A stretch of DNA of 64,000 bases from a virus. Lineage: Duplodnaviria > Caudoviricetes. Each line of letters starts with the position of its first letter. Positions within the stretch are counted from its first letter, which is position 1. The notes under the pieces are model-generated. The model did no database searches. It saw only the letters and a program-made list of their open reading frames with translations, and was not told the DNA's origin. Below, piece after piece: positions 27,437 to 36,983 of this stretch. The stretch lies in the IMG/VR virus record IMGVR_UViG_3300030376_006203, positions 1-64,000 of that record; one strand, given 5' to 3'. The position numbers and the translations under genes were made by a program.

Positions 27437-30106
27437 CTATCCTCCAAAATCAAATAAGTTGTTGAATGTGTTATTACTTTCAGTTGACTTAATATCCCAA
27501 CCTAAAACACCTAACAAGTTGCCAAGTTTATTATCAATCACAGTGCTTTCCATAGTAGCATCATCAAATGGCAATTCTTTAAACCATTGTGGCAATCTTA
27601 ATTCATCTGTTGGATATGCCACACTTGTATATTCTAATGGATTCTTTTTAAGTTTACACACAATCACTTTCATGCCATCCATAATTTCTTGTGAGTACTT
27701 GTCACTGTTCATACGTTTTAGTGTGTTCCAATTGATACTTGCTCTCACGTGTCCAGGCATATTTGCTTTGCCTTGACGTGCTTCTTTTTTAGCATATTCG
27801 CCAATGTTGTTTGCTCTACGTGGAGAACCTTTCTCCCAGCCTGGTCTAGTTTTAAATTCATTTCTAAATTGTGTAATTTTATCCAGCACTTGTTCTTCTG
27901 TGTTGCCGGTCAATACCATAAGTAATAATTCAGATAAAAAGTCTTGAATGTATACTGGAGTATCTGATCGCTTCAGGTCAAGACCCATTGCTTTAATTTT
28001 TCCTGGTTTGTCATCTATATCCTGTCTATAACCTTCCAAGTCATATATCAATATGGCATAACGTTTTTTTGTAATAAACAAGCCTGATGTTGCCACACTT
28101 TCTCTACCTGCTTGAATTACTTCTGCTCTTGATTTCATACAATGAAATGCTTGTCCCATAAATTTTTTAAATGAATTGTTTACTTCACCTGCCACTTGAT
28201 CATACAATTTAACAACACTTTCTTTAGTCCAAGGAATTTTTCCTTCGTCTATTTCTTTTTTAAGAACTTCATATGCTGAAAAATATGCGGAATCTGTATC
28301 ACCATATATTATTGCTTTCCCAACATGGTTGTATTCACCTGTGATCACTTCATTAATTTTAGCCGCCATGTGTTTACTAATCTGTCTACCGGATAGTGTA
28401 GTTGATTGTCCAATACGTTTGTCAAAGAATCTACATCCTGGATTCAGAATAGCACCATACAAACTGTTCAAGTTAATCTTTTTAACAAGTTGTCTTTTAT
28501 CCCAAAATTCTATTTCAGCATCATTGTTGGCTTCTTTGGCTTTCTTTAACATTGCCTGCATTTCTTTTCTTTCTTTGTACCAACGAGCAAGTAGTCCTGG
28601 TATTACACCCTCAAATTCGCTTGTAAATATTGTTCCGTTGGCACTTATCATCATTGGATTATTACTTTCAAATATCATCTTGTAAATTTCAGCACCACTC
28701 ATCACATCTGTTTTACCATCTTCCCAGTCTACATTAATACTGATATCTTTTCTTTTTTCCATTACAGCATCATATTCTAATGATCCGAAATGATTTTCCC
28801 AAGCACCTGCGAATGATTTTTTCTGTAAAGTCATTTGTTCTTCGATATATTCATCTGTGTACGTTGGTCTTAATTGTCCCATTACACATTCAGGAGCCAT
28901 GTTCAAGGCTCTAATCACAGAAGGATATAGTGAATTAATATCCATTGATCCTATCCAACTATGTAATCCTTTTCTTGGATATGCCACATAAGCACCTGCG
29001 GCTGTGGTTGAAGTTTCATCTCTCTTTGGTCTATTAGGAACTTGTACTCCTCGCCTATGTGCTTCATTTATAATTGCTTGTTCTGTTACTGCGACTGCAC
29101 CTAGTGTTGTTTGAAGTAGTACAGTGTTTGCGTGTGCCAATTCATTTGATAATGCTATGAATCTTAATTTACGATCCAGTTTGTCTAACAATGCCACGTC
29201 TTGTCTATTGTATTCAACAAAAGTTCTAAAATCTTGATTATATAATTGATCTAAACTGCCTTCATATATGGTTTTCTTTTCACCGATTTCATGTTCACCA
29301 ATAGCATCTAATCTGTAACTGTGTCGTTCTTCATATGTGTATTTTCTATAAAGTTCTAATGAATCTAAATGCACTCTACCAACTAGATCATAAGTTTCTT
29401 GTTCACGACCAAATCTTTCAAATGTTCTTTTCTTCGGCATTTGTTTCCATAAGCACAGACGTCTTGTGTCATCTTTGCTCATTACTTTTTTAATTCTGTT
29501 AATGATGTATGGTAAGTCATAACCTTCTGAATTCCAACCTGATATAACATCAGCATCTTCAATAATATCTAAAAATGCTTTAAGCATATCTGCTTCATCT
29601 TTATACAAGTATAGATTGTCTATGCCTTTGGTTATTTCTTTTGCCTCCTCAATTCCCATTGTCTTAGGTGGCATAGCGAAAGTAACCATAGTGTCTAGCC
29701 ATTGTAACGAAACTGTGATTGCTGTGATAGGCATAAATGGATCACTAGGTTGGCTGAATCCTTTTTCAGGATCAAAGTCTGCTTCAATATCAAAGAAAGC
29801 AATGTTTAAATCCGGAGCATCTTTGTTTAAATAGTTTTCACTTAAACATTGAAAGATAGGATTTACGTCTGATTCGAATAATGTTTTGTTTCTATTGATT
29901 GCTAATTCTTTATGAAAATCTTTTGTATTTTTACAAACAATTCTGCTTAAAGGCTTTCCAGTTGTGCTTTTAAATTTGCCGCCTGGATCTTCATGATAAA
30001 ATGTATATTTGATTGGATATTCTTTGAACACTCTTTCTTTGTTTTGTCTTTCAACAACTCTTATGATATCTGAACTTCTATCAAAGTATCCATCTATGTA
30101 ACTCAT
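27437..30106 (-). CDS. polB: family B DNA polymerase (gp43-like)
   Basis: Exo DIE, GWNSEGYD, YNRQD; pol DINSLYPS, KINLNSLYG, YGDTDS, KKRY. Confidence 0.97.
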   Translation of the reverse strand: MSYIDGYFDRSSDIIRVVERQNKERVFKEYPIKYTFYHEDPGGKFKSTTGKPLSRIVCKNTKDFHKELAINRNKTLFESDVNPIFQCLSENYLNKDAPDLNIAFFDIEADFDPEKGFSQPSDPFMPITAITVSLQWLDTMVTFAMPPKTMGIEEAKEITKGIDNLYLYKDEADMLKAFLDIIEDADVISGWNSEGYDLPYIINRIKKVMSKDDTRRLCLWKQMPKKRTFERFGREQETYDLVGRVHLDSLELYRKYTYEERHSYRLDAIGEHEIGEKKTIYEGSLDQLYNQDFRTFVEYNRQDVALLDKLDRKLRFIALSNELAHANTVLLQTTLGAVAVTEQAIINEAHRRGVQVPNRPKRDETSTTAAGAYVAYPRKGLHSWIGSMDINSLYPSVIRALNMAPECVMGQLRPTYTDEYIEEQMTLQKKSFAGAWENHFGSLEYDAVMEKRKDISINVDWEDGKTDVMSGAEIYKMIFESNNPMMISANGTIFTSEFEGVIPGLLARWYKERKEMQAMLKKAKEANNDAEIEFWDKRQLVKKINLNSLYGAILNPGCRFFDKRIGQSTTLSGRQISKHMAAKINEVITGEYNHVGKAIIYGDTDSAYFSAYEVLKKEIDEGKIPWTKESVVKLYDQVAGEVNNSFKKFMGQAFHCMKSRAEVIQAGRESVATSGLFITKKRYAILIYDLEGYRQDIDDKPGKIKAMGLDLKRSDTPVYIQDFLSELLLMVLTGNTEEQVLDKITQFRNEFKTRPGWEKGSPRRANNIGEYAKKEARQGKANMPGHVRASINWNTLKRMNSDKYSQEIMDGMKVIVCKLKKNPLEYTSVAYPTDELRLPQWFKELPFDDATMESTVIDNKLGNLLGVLGWDIKSTESNNTFNNLFDFGG

Positions 30107-30116
30107 ATATTCTCCT

Positions 30117-30165
30117 TTTTGTCATTTGTGGCTGACAAAATACCAAAAATCAATTGTGGCTGATT
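30117..30165 (-). promoter_or_regulatory. tandem RNA hairpins with near-identical 8-nt loops abutting polB SD (putative translational operator)
   Basis: mRNA AAUCA-GCCACAAU-UGAUU and UUUUGUCA-GCCACAAA-UGACAAAA followed directly by AGGAG. Confidence 0.65.
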
Positions 30166-30170
30166 AAACC

Positions 30171-30410
30171 TTACTTTATATAATATAATAGTATACCTCC
30201 GAAACCCATTAAAGTCAACACCGTATTAGTGACAATGAGTGCCGGTTCTTTCCAAAGAAACGATACTATTAACCAAATTACTCCTCCCATTGCCAAAAGC
30301 AATGGACCTATAGGATATAATTCAGGAAAGCCTGCGTTTACAAAAGTGCCTATAATTAGAACTGACGTTGCGAGCCATTTTAATGTGTTGCCTGTTTTTA
30401 CTTGTTCCAT
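30171..30410 (-). CDS. small 3-TM membrane protein
   Basis: three hydrophobic segments, LKW..T, YPIG, W. Confidence 0.65.
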   Translation of the reverse strand: MEQVKTGNTLKWLATSVLIIGTFVNAGFPELYPIGPLLLAMGGVIWLIVSFLWKEPALIVTNTVLTLMGFGGILLYYIK

Positions 30411-30556
30411 ACTAATAATGTTTTGCCTATTACTTTTGATTTACACCCTTTGAACTTGTGTATATTATTTAGAAAAAATTCTTCAAGTGCAGAAAAACTT
30501 GGAAAGGTATATTTGTGCATCACACCTGCTCTTGAATTAAACTTAACGTGATTCAT
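30398..30556 (-). CDS. 52 aa hypothetical protein (not in ORF track)
   Basis: fills gap between guaC and membrane gene, overlapping both; [21 protein letters not shown]... Confidence 0.5.
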   Translation of the reverse strand: MNHVKFNSRAGVMHKYTFPSFSALEEFFLNNIHKFKGCKSKVIGKTLLVWNK

Positions 30557-31595
30557 ACTTGTCGAAAACTCTATTGATTACATTATTCACTCTTACAAAG
30601 TGAGCCGCTTTAGGCATATCTTTAATTCGTCTTGCCCCAATATAAGTGCAGGTGCTTCTTACTCCACCTAATATCTGTTCAACAGTATCTTTAACAGGTC
30701 CTTTATCATCTAGTGTAACTGTTTTGCCTTCCACGCCTCTGTATCCGTCTTTTCTTTGTCCATGTGTGTTTAATGCTGTTTGCGAAGCCATACCATAAAA
30801 TATTCTTTTGCCGTCTTGTAATTCTAATTCTGATTCATCATGTCCTGCTAACATTCCTCCTAGCATTACAAAATGTGCACCGCCACCTAATGCTTTAGCA
30901 ACGTCACCTGGTTGTGTACAACCTCCATCAGCAATTATATGTCCACCAACACCATTAGCGGCATCTGAACATTCCATTATTGCTGTGAACTGAGGCACAC
31001 CTACACCTGTTTGCGTTCTTGTGGTACACACACTACCTGGACCAATTCCAACTTTTACAATATCAGCACCTTTAATAATTAATTCTTCTGTCATGTTTGG
31101 AGTTACAACATTACCAGCAATTATCACTTTGTCTGGATATTCATCTCTAATTTTAGTAACAAAGTCTACAAATGATTCATGATAAGCATTCGCAACATCT
31201 ATTGTTATACAAGGTATATCAGGAAATGCTGACATCACTTGTTTTAATGTTTGATAATCTGTAGCGTCTTTGTTGAATATTGCTCCTGTGCCTACACAGG
31301 CAGAAACATATTTAAATTTTAATCCTGTGCCTGCCGCCTGTTTCCAATCATCTAGTGTATAATGCTTTCTAATTACTGTAAGCATTTTGTATTCTTGTAG
31401 CACTCTTGCCATTGAAAAAGTTCCAACACCATCCATATTAGATGCCACAATAGGAACATAAGTCAGTTCTTTACCACTGTTTCTAAATTTAAATTTTCTT
31501 AATATGTCTACGTCTCGTCTAGAACTTAATGTTGATCTTTTAGGTTGTAGCAATACGTCTGAATAATCTAAATGTATGTTATAATCAATTCTCAT
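30543..31595 (-). CDS. guaC: GMP reductase
   Basis: [50 protein letters not shown]. Confidence 0.93.
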   Translation of the reverse strand: MRIDYNIHLDYSDVLLQPKRSTLSSRRDVDILRKFKFRNSGKELTYVPIVASNMDGVGTFSMARVLQEYKMLTVIRKHYTLDDWKQAAGTGLKFKYVSACVGTGAIFNKDATDYQTLKQVMSAFPDIPCITIDVANAYHESFVDFVTKIRDEYPDKVIIAGNVVTPNMTEELIIKGADIVKVGIGPGSVCTTRTQTGVGVPQFTAIMECSDAANGVGGHIIADGGCTQPGDVAKALGGGAHFVMLGGMLAGHDESELELQDGKRIFYGMASQTALNTHGQRKDGYRGVEGKTVTLDDKGPVKDTVEQILGGVRSTCTYIGARRIKDMPKAAHFVRVNNVINRVFDKYESR

Positions 31596-31884
31596 TAAAA
31601 AAGTCCTTTAAGTTTACTGCTCTATCATCAACCCAAACATCATACACAGGTTTTTTCATATTGATTGAAGTGTACTTTACTCCCCAATCATTAAGTTGTT
31701 TGTTGGTAAGTTCTGTCCAATCTATTCCAGAATTACCACCTCTTGCTGTCCAATAATGGAGTTCGTGTCCTTCATCAAACAGTTTGTTCAACTTTGCAAT
31801 CCGTTCCATGTCGGGCTGACTTTGTTCGTAATTGCTATCTTTATTATAACAAATTGTATTATCGATGTCAACCATATACTTCAT
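31585..31884 (-). CDS. capless HAD phosphatase
   Basis: VDIDNTIC, WTARG, KP, VDDRA; start 31884. Confidence 0.8.
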   Translation of the reverse strand: MKYMVDIDNTICYNKDSNYEQSQPDMERIAKLNKLFDEGHELHYWTARGGNSGIDWTELTNKQLNDWGVKYTSINMKKPVYDVWVDDRAVNLKDFFNEN

Positions 31885-32180
31885 TACCAGATCCTCATTG
31901 CTATACCAAACCCAAGAATATTCATACAAAAGAAATAACTAACCAACATTGTGGGCCAGATTAATTTTCTTCTGTAAAAAGTGAATATGGCTAATACTGA
32001 ACCTATTATGAAAAATGGATATACTATTCTCATATCTGGGTCTGTGGCGTTTAGTGCCAAAGTCATACTAGCAATAATATTTACGACTGTGCTGATCATT
32101 TCTAACCAAAAGCATAATTTATCTTGCTGGTAAGATTCTTTGAAGTAACCGATTATTTTATTTGTCTCGGCCAACTGCAA
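31884..32180 (-). CDS. small 3-TM membrane protein
   Basis: three hydrophobic segments, YPFF; start uncertain. Confidence 0.6.
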   Translation of the reverse strand: MQLAETNKIIGYFKESYQQDKLCFWLEMISTVVNIIASMTLALNATDPDMRIVYPFFIIGSVLAIFTFYRRKLIWPTMLVSYFFCMNILGFGIAMRIW

Positions 32181-32418
32181 TAATTAAATTTTCTAATGAA
32201 TCAAAATCATCTGAATATTTGTGCCATTCACCTTTATGAGCAATTTTAATTGCTTTATTAATAAGTGCTGGTTTGATTTCTAATTCTTCTGCTACTGCTT
32301 TCACAGTGTCTTTTAATCCAGAGTTTAAATCTTCTACTTCAGAAAGTACGTTTGCACCTTCATCTATAATCCTCTTTAACTTTGCTTGTTCTTCTGGACC
32401 GTATGTTCTGCCTGCCAT
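32158..32418 (-). CDS. small dsDNA-binding protein (T4 DsbA/GapR-like)
   Basis: LK.II.E......LKD..KAVAEELEIKP..INKAIKI pattern. Confidence 0.6.
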   Translation of the reverse strand: MAGRTYGPEEQAKLKRIIDEGANVLSEVEDLNSGLKDTVKAVAEELEIKPALINKAIKIAHKGEWHKYSDDFDSLENLIIAVGRDK

Positions 32419-32429
32419 TTTATTCTCCT

Positions 32430-33023
32430 TTATATTTTACTATGGTCTATACCTGAGTAGTCTCCGTAACTTCCTGTTTCGTGTGCTACTTTCAGATAAT
32501 CAATCATGTTTTCTGGTGTTGATTCTACATATGGGTCGTCATCTGTGCCTTCATTGTTTATGCCAGGCTCTTGCCACCATTTTTCTACTACACCGTCATT
32601 TACAACTGCCATGTATCTCCAACTTCTATTTCCGAAGCCTAAATGGTTTTTACCTATAAGCATACCCATAAATCTTGTAAAGTTTCCAGAACCATCTGGA
32701 ATCATTTTTACGTTTTCAATATTCATTCTGTCTGCCCATGCGTTCATTACAAATGAATCATTTACTGACACACAATAAATTTCGTCTATTCCCATGCCTT
32801 TAATACTATTGTACTCTTTTTCGAAACCTGGAAGTTGTTGACTTGAACAAGTTGGAGTAAATGCTCCTGGTAAACTAAAAATTACTACTCTTTTACCTTT
32901 GAAATATGAATCAGTTGTTGCGTTATGCCATTCTCCACCTATAGCACAACCGTTGTCAGTTTCAACAGCGTCACCTGTTCTCACTCTGAATGTTACTTTT
33001 GGAATTTTAAATCCTTCTATCAT
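32430..33023 (-). CDS. peroxiredoxin (Prx5-like)
   Basis: SLPGAFTPTCS, SVNDSFVM, RSWRY. Confidence 0.93.
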   Translation of the reverse strand: MIEGFKIPKVTFRVRTGDAVETDNGCAIGGEWHNATTDSYFKGKRVVIFSLPGAFTPTCSSQQLPGFEKEYNSIKGMGIDEIYCVSVNDSFVMNAWADRMNIENVKMIPDGSGNFTRFMGMLIGKNHLGFGNRSWRYMAVVNDGVVEKWWQEPGINNEGTDDDPYVESTPENMIDYLKVAHETGSYGDYSGIDHSKI

Positions 33024-33059
33024 AAAATACTTTACCTTTTTTAAAAATTAATAATGCTT

Positions 33060-33088
33060 ATTGTACTTAATTTTTATGATAAAGTCAA
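33060..33088 (-). promoter_or_regulatory. sigma70-like promoter
   Basis: TTGACT-17-TACAAT. Confidence 0.7.
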
Positions 33089-33090
33089 GA

Positions 33091-33744
33091 CTATTTTTTG
33101 GCTGGACTGTCTTTTTCTTCGTAGAAGAAATCGTTTGTATCACCAAAAGTCACTGTGCTTTCGTTTTCACAGAAAAACTCTTTGGTGCTGACTTGGAAGT
33201 CTGGTCTTTTTAGTTCTGATGGAGTAAGTGATTGTTCATACCAAAGCATTCTATTGTTTGGTTGTGCGAAGTATTGACCATTTATTAGTCTACCAAAATT
33301 GTGTTGTTTGTGTTCGCTTGGTACTTCAGAAACTCCTGTATTCACAGTGTTTGGATCACCGTGACAGGCATCTATTGTGAAAAGATATTCACCTTTCATT
33401 CTACCACCGCCTTTAAGCATTATTTCAACATCACAATTCTTAAGCATTGATTTAGTCCACACTTGAATATTGCTACTGAAACTGTCCCATAGTTCTAGTG
33501 TACCGAGTGGTAATTGTTCTTCTTCTTTGATGTCTTTACGCCATACAAATGCGGATAAAGGAAACTTGTCGAAACAAGCACCATACTCTGGTAGGTATGC
33601 TTCGAACATTAATGCTCTACCTTGTACTGATTTTACAGCAAGAATCACTGCTTCTGCAAATTCGCCGTGGCCTCTTTCAAGGTCGTGTAAGTATTCTTTA
33701 CGAACCCAACATTTTGTATATGGAATATTTGCAACAAAATTCAA
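33091..33744 (-). CDS. conserved hypothetical marine phage protein
   Basis: TTG start after GGAGGAGG; VRKEYL.D...GHGEF, AQPNNR; TAAATA at 33774-33779. Confidence 0.7.
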   Translation of the reverse strand: MNFVANIPYTKCWVRKEYLHDLERGHGEFAEAVILAVKSVQGRALMFEAYLPEYGACFDKFPLSAFVWRKDIKEEEQLPLGTLELWDSFSSNIQVWTKSMLKNCDVEIMLKGGGRMKGEYLFTIDACHGDPNTVNTGVSEVPSEHKQHNFGRLINGQYFAQPNNRMLWYEQSLTPSELKRPDFQVSTKEFFCENESTVTFGDTNDFFYEEKDSPAKK

Positions 33745-33802
33745 GACACAACCTCCTCCTTGTTAATATAGTGTATTTATTTAAAATTGTATCTTGTGGT
33801 GA

Positions 33803-33940
33803 TTAAACTGTCTTGTGACTGTTTCTGATAGTCCATCCATAAAAGTTTACTTTACTGGCAACTTTCATGTAGAACCTTGTAATGTCCTTTTTGACTGGCA
33901 TCAAGTATGGTACATTTCTTTGTCTGTTTCTTTTGATCAT
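33803..33940 (-). CDS. 45 aa basic protein (not in ORF track)
   Basis: MIKRNRQRNVPYLMPVKK...; TAATG coupling to upstream gene. Confidence 0.45.
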   Translation of the reverse strand: MIKRNRQRNVPYLMPVKKDITRFYMKVASKVNFYGWTIRNSHKTV

Positions 33941-34344
33941 TATTTTTTCTTCTTTTTAGTGGCAACATTGATTGCTTTACCACGTCTATCTGGGTTTGGA
34001 TCTTTTCTACGTTTTCTACGAGCCGCAGATGCTCTGCCTTTTTTGCCTAATGCGTATGCTTTTTTGGCAGGTAAACATTTAGGCTTACCTTCTCCATCTG
34101 ATTTACCGCCACATGAACCTCTGATTTTACCACCAGGACCCATGCGGACCCATTTTTGTTTGAACCATTTTTTAAGATTTTCGTCTAAGGATTCGTCTAG
34201 TAGTATATCGTGACAGTTTACACAGAAGTCTATGTGTTCTCTTTTAACACAGTTGGGTACTCTTTTTCCGAACATGGTCTTCATGCCCTTCTTTTCGTAA
34301 CCTTTCCAACAACGTGTTCCTTCTAGGATTTCGTTTACCTTCAT
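33940..34344 (-). CDS. basic modular protein, putative internal head protein
   Basis: start MKVNEILE; modules CWKGY..PNCVK and LKKWF..KW..KPKCLP separated by LDE. Confidence 0.7.
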   Translation of the reverse strand: MKVNEILEGTRCWKGYEKKGMKTMFGKRVPNCVKREHIDFCVNCHDILLDESLDENLKKWFKQKWVRMGPGGKIRGSCGGKSDGEGKPKCLPAKKAYALGKKGRASAARRKRRKDPNPDRRGKAINVATKKKKK

Positions 34345-35156
34345 TACTTTTTCTTGCTGTTGCCCCAATTAGCCGCGCCTTTTTTACGACACTGTACTAG
34401 AGCACCAGAGGCGTATGCCGAAGGCCAAACTTTGTATCTTGCTTTTACTTTGTGATAGCAGGCATCTTGCTTCTCTGCTAATTTTTCGAATTCTTCTTCT
34501 GTGATTGGTTTACCAACAAAATCTTCTAGAACTGCTTCAGTCTTTTTTTTTGAAGATTCTTTTAATTTGTTTTGTAATTTATTTGATAATGATTCTTTGT
34601 AGTCTTCTGTTTTACAATCTGGATGACAATTACAATTTGGTGTGCAGTTTCCTCCACAAGCACAATTCTCATCACAATTACAAGCCATTGATTCTTTAAC
34701 TTGTTCAACTGCTGGTTGTACTGCTTCTGCTGACTCACTTGATGAAATCATTTCGTATTCCATATAGTGTTTTACAGAACTCAAGTAGTCTGCCGCTTTT
34801 GTAATCTTAGCCGCTACCCAACCTTCTAAGCCTTGTTCTTCTGAAACATTTTTTAACAATTCATGAAGTTTAATTGAATACTTTGCCGCTTTGTATAAAT
34901 CTGATCTTGCCATTTGTACTTCATGATCCATCTCGGCTTTTTGTGCCATTAATGCTAGATCTTCTTGTACAGATTCTTTTTTCTTTTTGTTGTGTTGATC
35001 TTTAATTTTTCCTATTTCTTCAGCACTTGCGCCTTTACCTGCCGCACTTTGAATTTTTTTCATACCATCTTTGCCGTATTTTTTAACACCGGCTTTGTAC
35101 ATAATTCCGCTTTCGTCTGTTTCTTGGTCTTTTTTAATTAAATCTGAATGTTTCAT
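34344..35156 (-). CDS. modular protein with Cys-rich segment, putative internal head protein
   Basis: xxE-separated modules, LEGWVAAKITKA, DACYHKVK..WPSAYASGALVQCRK; TAAATA at 35162-35167. Confidence 0.7.
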   Translation of the reverse strand: MKHSDLIKKDQETDESGIMYKAGVKKYGKDGMKKIQSAAGKGASAEEIGKIKDQHNKKKKESVQEDLALMAQKAEMDHEVQMARSDLYKAAKYSIKLHELLKNVSEEQGLEGWVAAKITKAADYLSSVKHYMEYEMISSSESAEAVQPAVEQVKESMACNCDENCACGGNCTPNCNCHPDCKTEDYKESLSNKLQNKLKESSKKKTEAVLEDFVGKPITEEEFEKLAEKQDACYHKVKARYKVWPSAYASGALVQCRKKGAANWGNSKKK

Positions 35157-35164
35157 AATAATAT

Positions 35165-35395
35165 TTATCTTTTAATTGGAGCACCAAATAATGATGTTCC
35201 TTTCATATCTAAAGCATTATCAGTTGGTTTCTGCATTTTTGCTTTTGGTGGTTTAGCAGAAGCACCTTTTTTGCCATAGGCATCACGTGCTTTTTTATCA
35301 CCTATCGCTATGTGTGGATTAGCCACTGTGGCTATATTGCCCGCCGATGTAGCGCCTGCTGAAGCAACTTCTGATATGATGTCTCTGATACGCAT
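35165..35395 (-). CDS. small putative internal head protein
   Basis: start MRIRDIISE. Confidence 0.6.
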   Translation of the reverse strand: MRIRDIISEVASAGATSAGNIATVANPHIAIGDKKARDAYGKKGASAKPPKAKMQKPTDNALDMKGTSLFGAPIKR

Positions 35396-35399
35396 AATG

Positions 35400-35582
35400 T
35401 TATTTACCACCTTTGTGTAGATTCTTCACACGTTTGGATGTGCTGTATTTGGCGTGAGGTACTTTGAGGTTCTTTTTGCCGTATATGTCGCCCACTTTGT
35501 GCGTGTATACAAGTTGGGCAGGATCCAAACCATAATGGTAGTCCACACGGGCCTCCACTATTTTGAAATCCTTATAACGCAT
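35400..35582 (-). CDS. small putative internal head protein
   Basis: start MRYKDFKIVE. Confidence 0.55.
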   Translation of the reverse strand: MRYKDFKIVEARVDYHYGLDPAQLVYTHKVGDIYGKKNLKVPHAKYSTSKRVKNLHKGGK

Positions 35583-35583
35583 A

Positions 35584-35676
35584 CTACTTGAACTTTGCTT
35601 TGATTTTGTCCACAAGCAAACTTACTTTAGAACAAGTGTACCAAGTTTTTAACTTTTTCTTTGCTTTTTTCCACAT
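35584..35676 (-). CDS. 30 aa Lys-rich peptide (not in ORF track)
   Basis: MWKKAKKKLKTWYTCSKVSLLVDKIKAKFK fills the gap exactly, 1 nt from both neighbours. Confidence 0.45.
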   Translation of the reverse strand: MWKKAKKKLKTWYTCSKVSLLVDKIKAKFK

Positions 35677-35677
35677 A

Positions 35678-35920
35678 TTACAATAAGTTTTTAAGGTTTA
35701 ATATACCGTTGTCAATAATTGCTCTTTCATCAAGACTACCACCGGCACCTACTTCGCCTTCACCTGATCTCAATGCGTCTAAGCCTTCTATGTATTTTTC
35801 TTCTGTGATATCACCAGCCTCAAATCTTGTTTTCAAAGACAATACTGAAGAAGCAGTCTCCTTAACCCAACCTGATCTAGAATCACGAGCATTCACTAAT
35901 CTATCTAAAAATTCAGCCAT
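35678..35920 (-). CDS. hypothetical protein
   Basis: start MAEFLDRL after AAGGA SD; TAAATA at 35944-35949. Confidence 0.6.
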   Translation of the reverse strand: MAEFLDRLVNARDSRSGWVKETASSVLSLKTRFEAGDITEEKYIEGLDALRSGEGEVGAGGSLDERAIIDNGILNLKNLL

Positions 35921-35946
35921 TTTGTTTCCTTTTTGTTTGTGTGTAT

Positions 35947-36261
35947 TTATGCTTTTTTGCGTCCTGACTTCATATTCGCACACCAGTGGTACATTTTGCC
36001 CTTTTCACCACCATGCTTCTTGGCTTTTGCCCTTAATGAAGTTACTGATCCTGAACAACTAGCACCTGCTTTTTTTACTCTACCTGGACGTGATTTTCCT
36101 TTTACTTTGCCATCAGCAAAGTTTTCGTTGGCTTTATTGTTACCAACATTCTTAAAACCATATCTATTGTTAGGGCCATATCCTTTTTTATGAATAAGTC
36201 CCATGGGTTTTGCCGTGTGAGGCATTACTCTATTGCGTTCTATAATATCTATTATCTTCAT
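35947..36261 (-). CDS. basic putative internal head protein
   Basis: start MKIIDIIE; ANE|NFADGK...WCANMKSG module. Confidence 0.65.
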   Translation of the reverse strand: MKIIDIIERNRVMPHTAKPMGLIHKKGYGPNNRYGFKNVGNNKANENFADGKVKGKSRPGRVKKAGASCSGSVTSLRAKAKKHGGEKGKMYHWCANMKSGRKKA

Positions 36262-36983
36262 CTCAGTCTAGGTGGACGACCTTTTTTGTCTATTTTAAAT
36301 CCAAATTTTGCCGCTTGTCTTTGTGTTTCGCCAGGCTTAACATCAGCGGTTGTATTTTGTTTTGTAATAATTCCAACACCTTCTTTTTTAGATTGTTGTT
36401 GTTTTGTGTAAGTTTCCAATGCTGATTTAACTTTGCTTAATGAATCTCTATTTGCTTGATACAATATACCAAATCCGCCAGCCTGTTGCCAACGTTGAAT
36501 ATTGATAGGTCTATCGTCAATTAAAATGTTTGGTACTTTTGTTTGCTTGTTTACAGCATACGATTCTTTTCTGCCAGTGATAATTGTTTCAGCAGGCTGT
36601 TCAATATTGTTACTAATCCAAACTTTTTTATATTTTGCTGAATTGGCATTATCGCCTCTTAATGGTGAAGAACAAATTGAAAAAGTTCCACCTGTAAAAT
36701 CTTTAACCATTTTTATTAATTGATCAGCAGATGGAAATTTAGGTAATGTTTCAAAGAAATTAGTTCCTGTAATTTTCTGTATAACCTCAGATTTTAAATC
36801 TTTAGTTCTATCAGAAGTAAGTTCCTTCCAGTGCTTTACACCGTACAGTTTTTCAAGACCACCGAAGAAGTCAGCCATCACTCCGTCCATGTCCAAATAT
36901 ACAATTGGTTTCTTTTCCATATCTTCATTATACAACTTTTTGTTGTATTTGTCAATATTGGATTCTAAGTCCAAAATACGCAT
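36258..36983 (-). CDS. 5'(3')-deoxyribonucleotidase (HAD) with N- and C-terminal appended modules
   Basis: YLDMDGVMADF, ICSSP, K, LIDDR. Confidence 0.85.
   Translation of the reverse strand: MRILDLESNIDKYNKKLYNEDMEKKPIVYLDMDGVMADFFGGLEKLYGVKHWKELTSDRTKDLKSEVIQKITGTNFFETLPKFPSADQLIKMVKDFTGGTFSICSSPLRGDNANSAKYKKVWISNNIEQPAETIITGRKESYAVNKQTKVPNILIDDRPINIQRWQQAGGFGILYQANRDSLSKVKSALETYTKQQQSKKEGVGIITKQNTTADVKPGETQRQAAKFGFKIDKKGRPPRLR

Noticed and set aside
27437-30106. Intein or intron in polB
   Set aside because: Continuous 889 aa ORF with normal motif spacing, no splice or homing-endonuclease motifs
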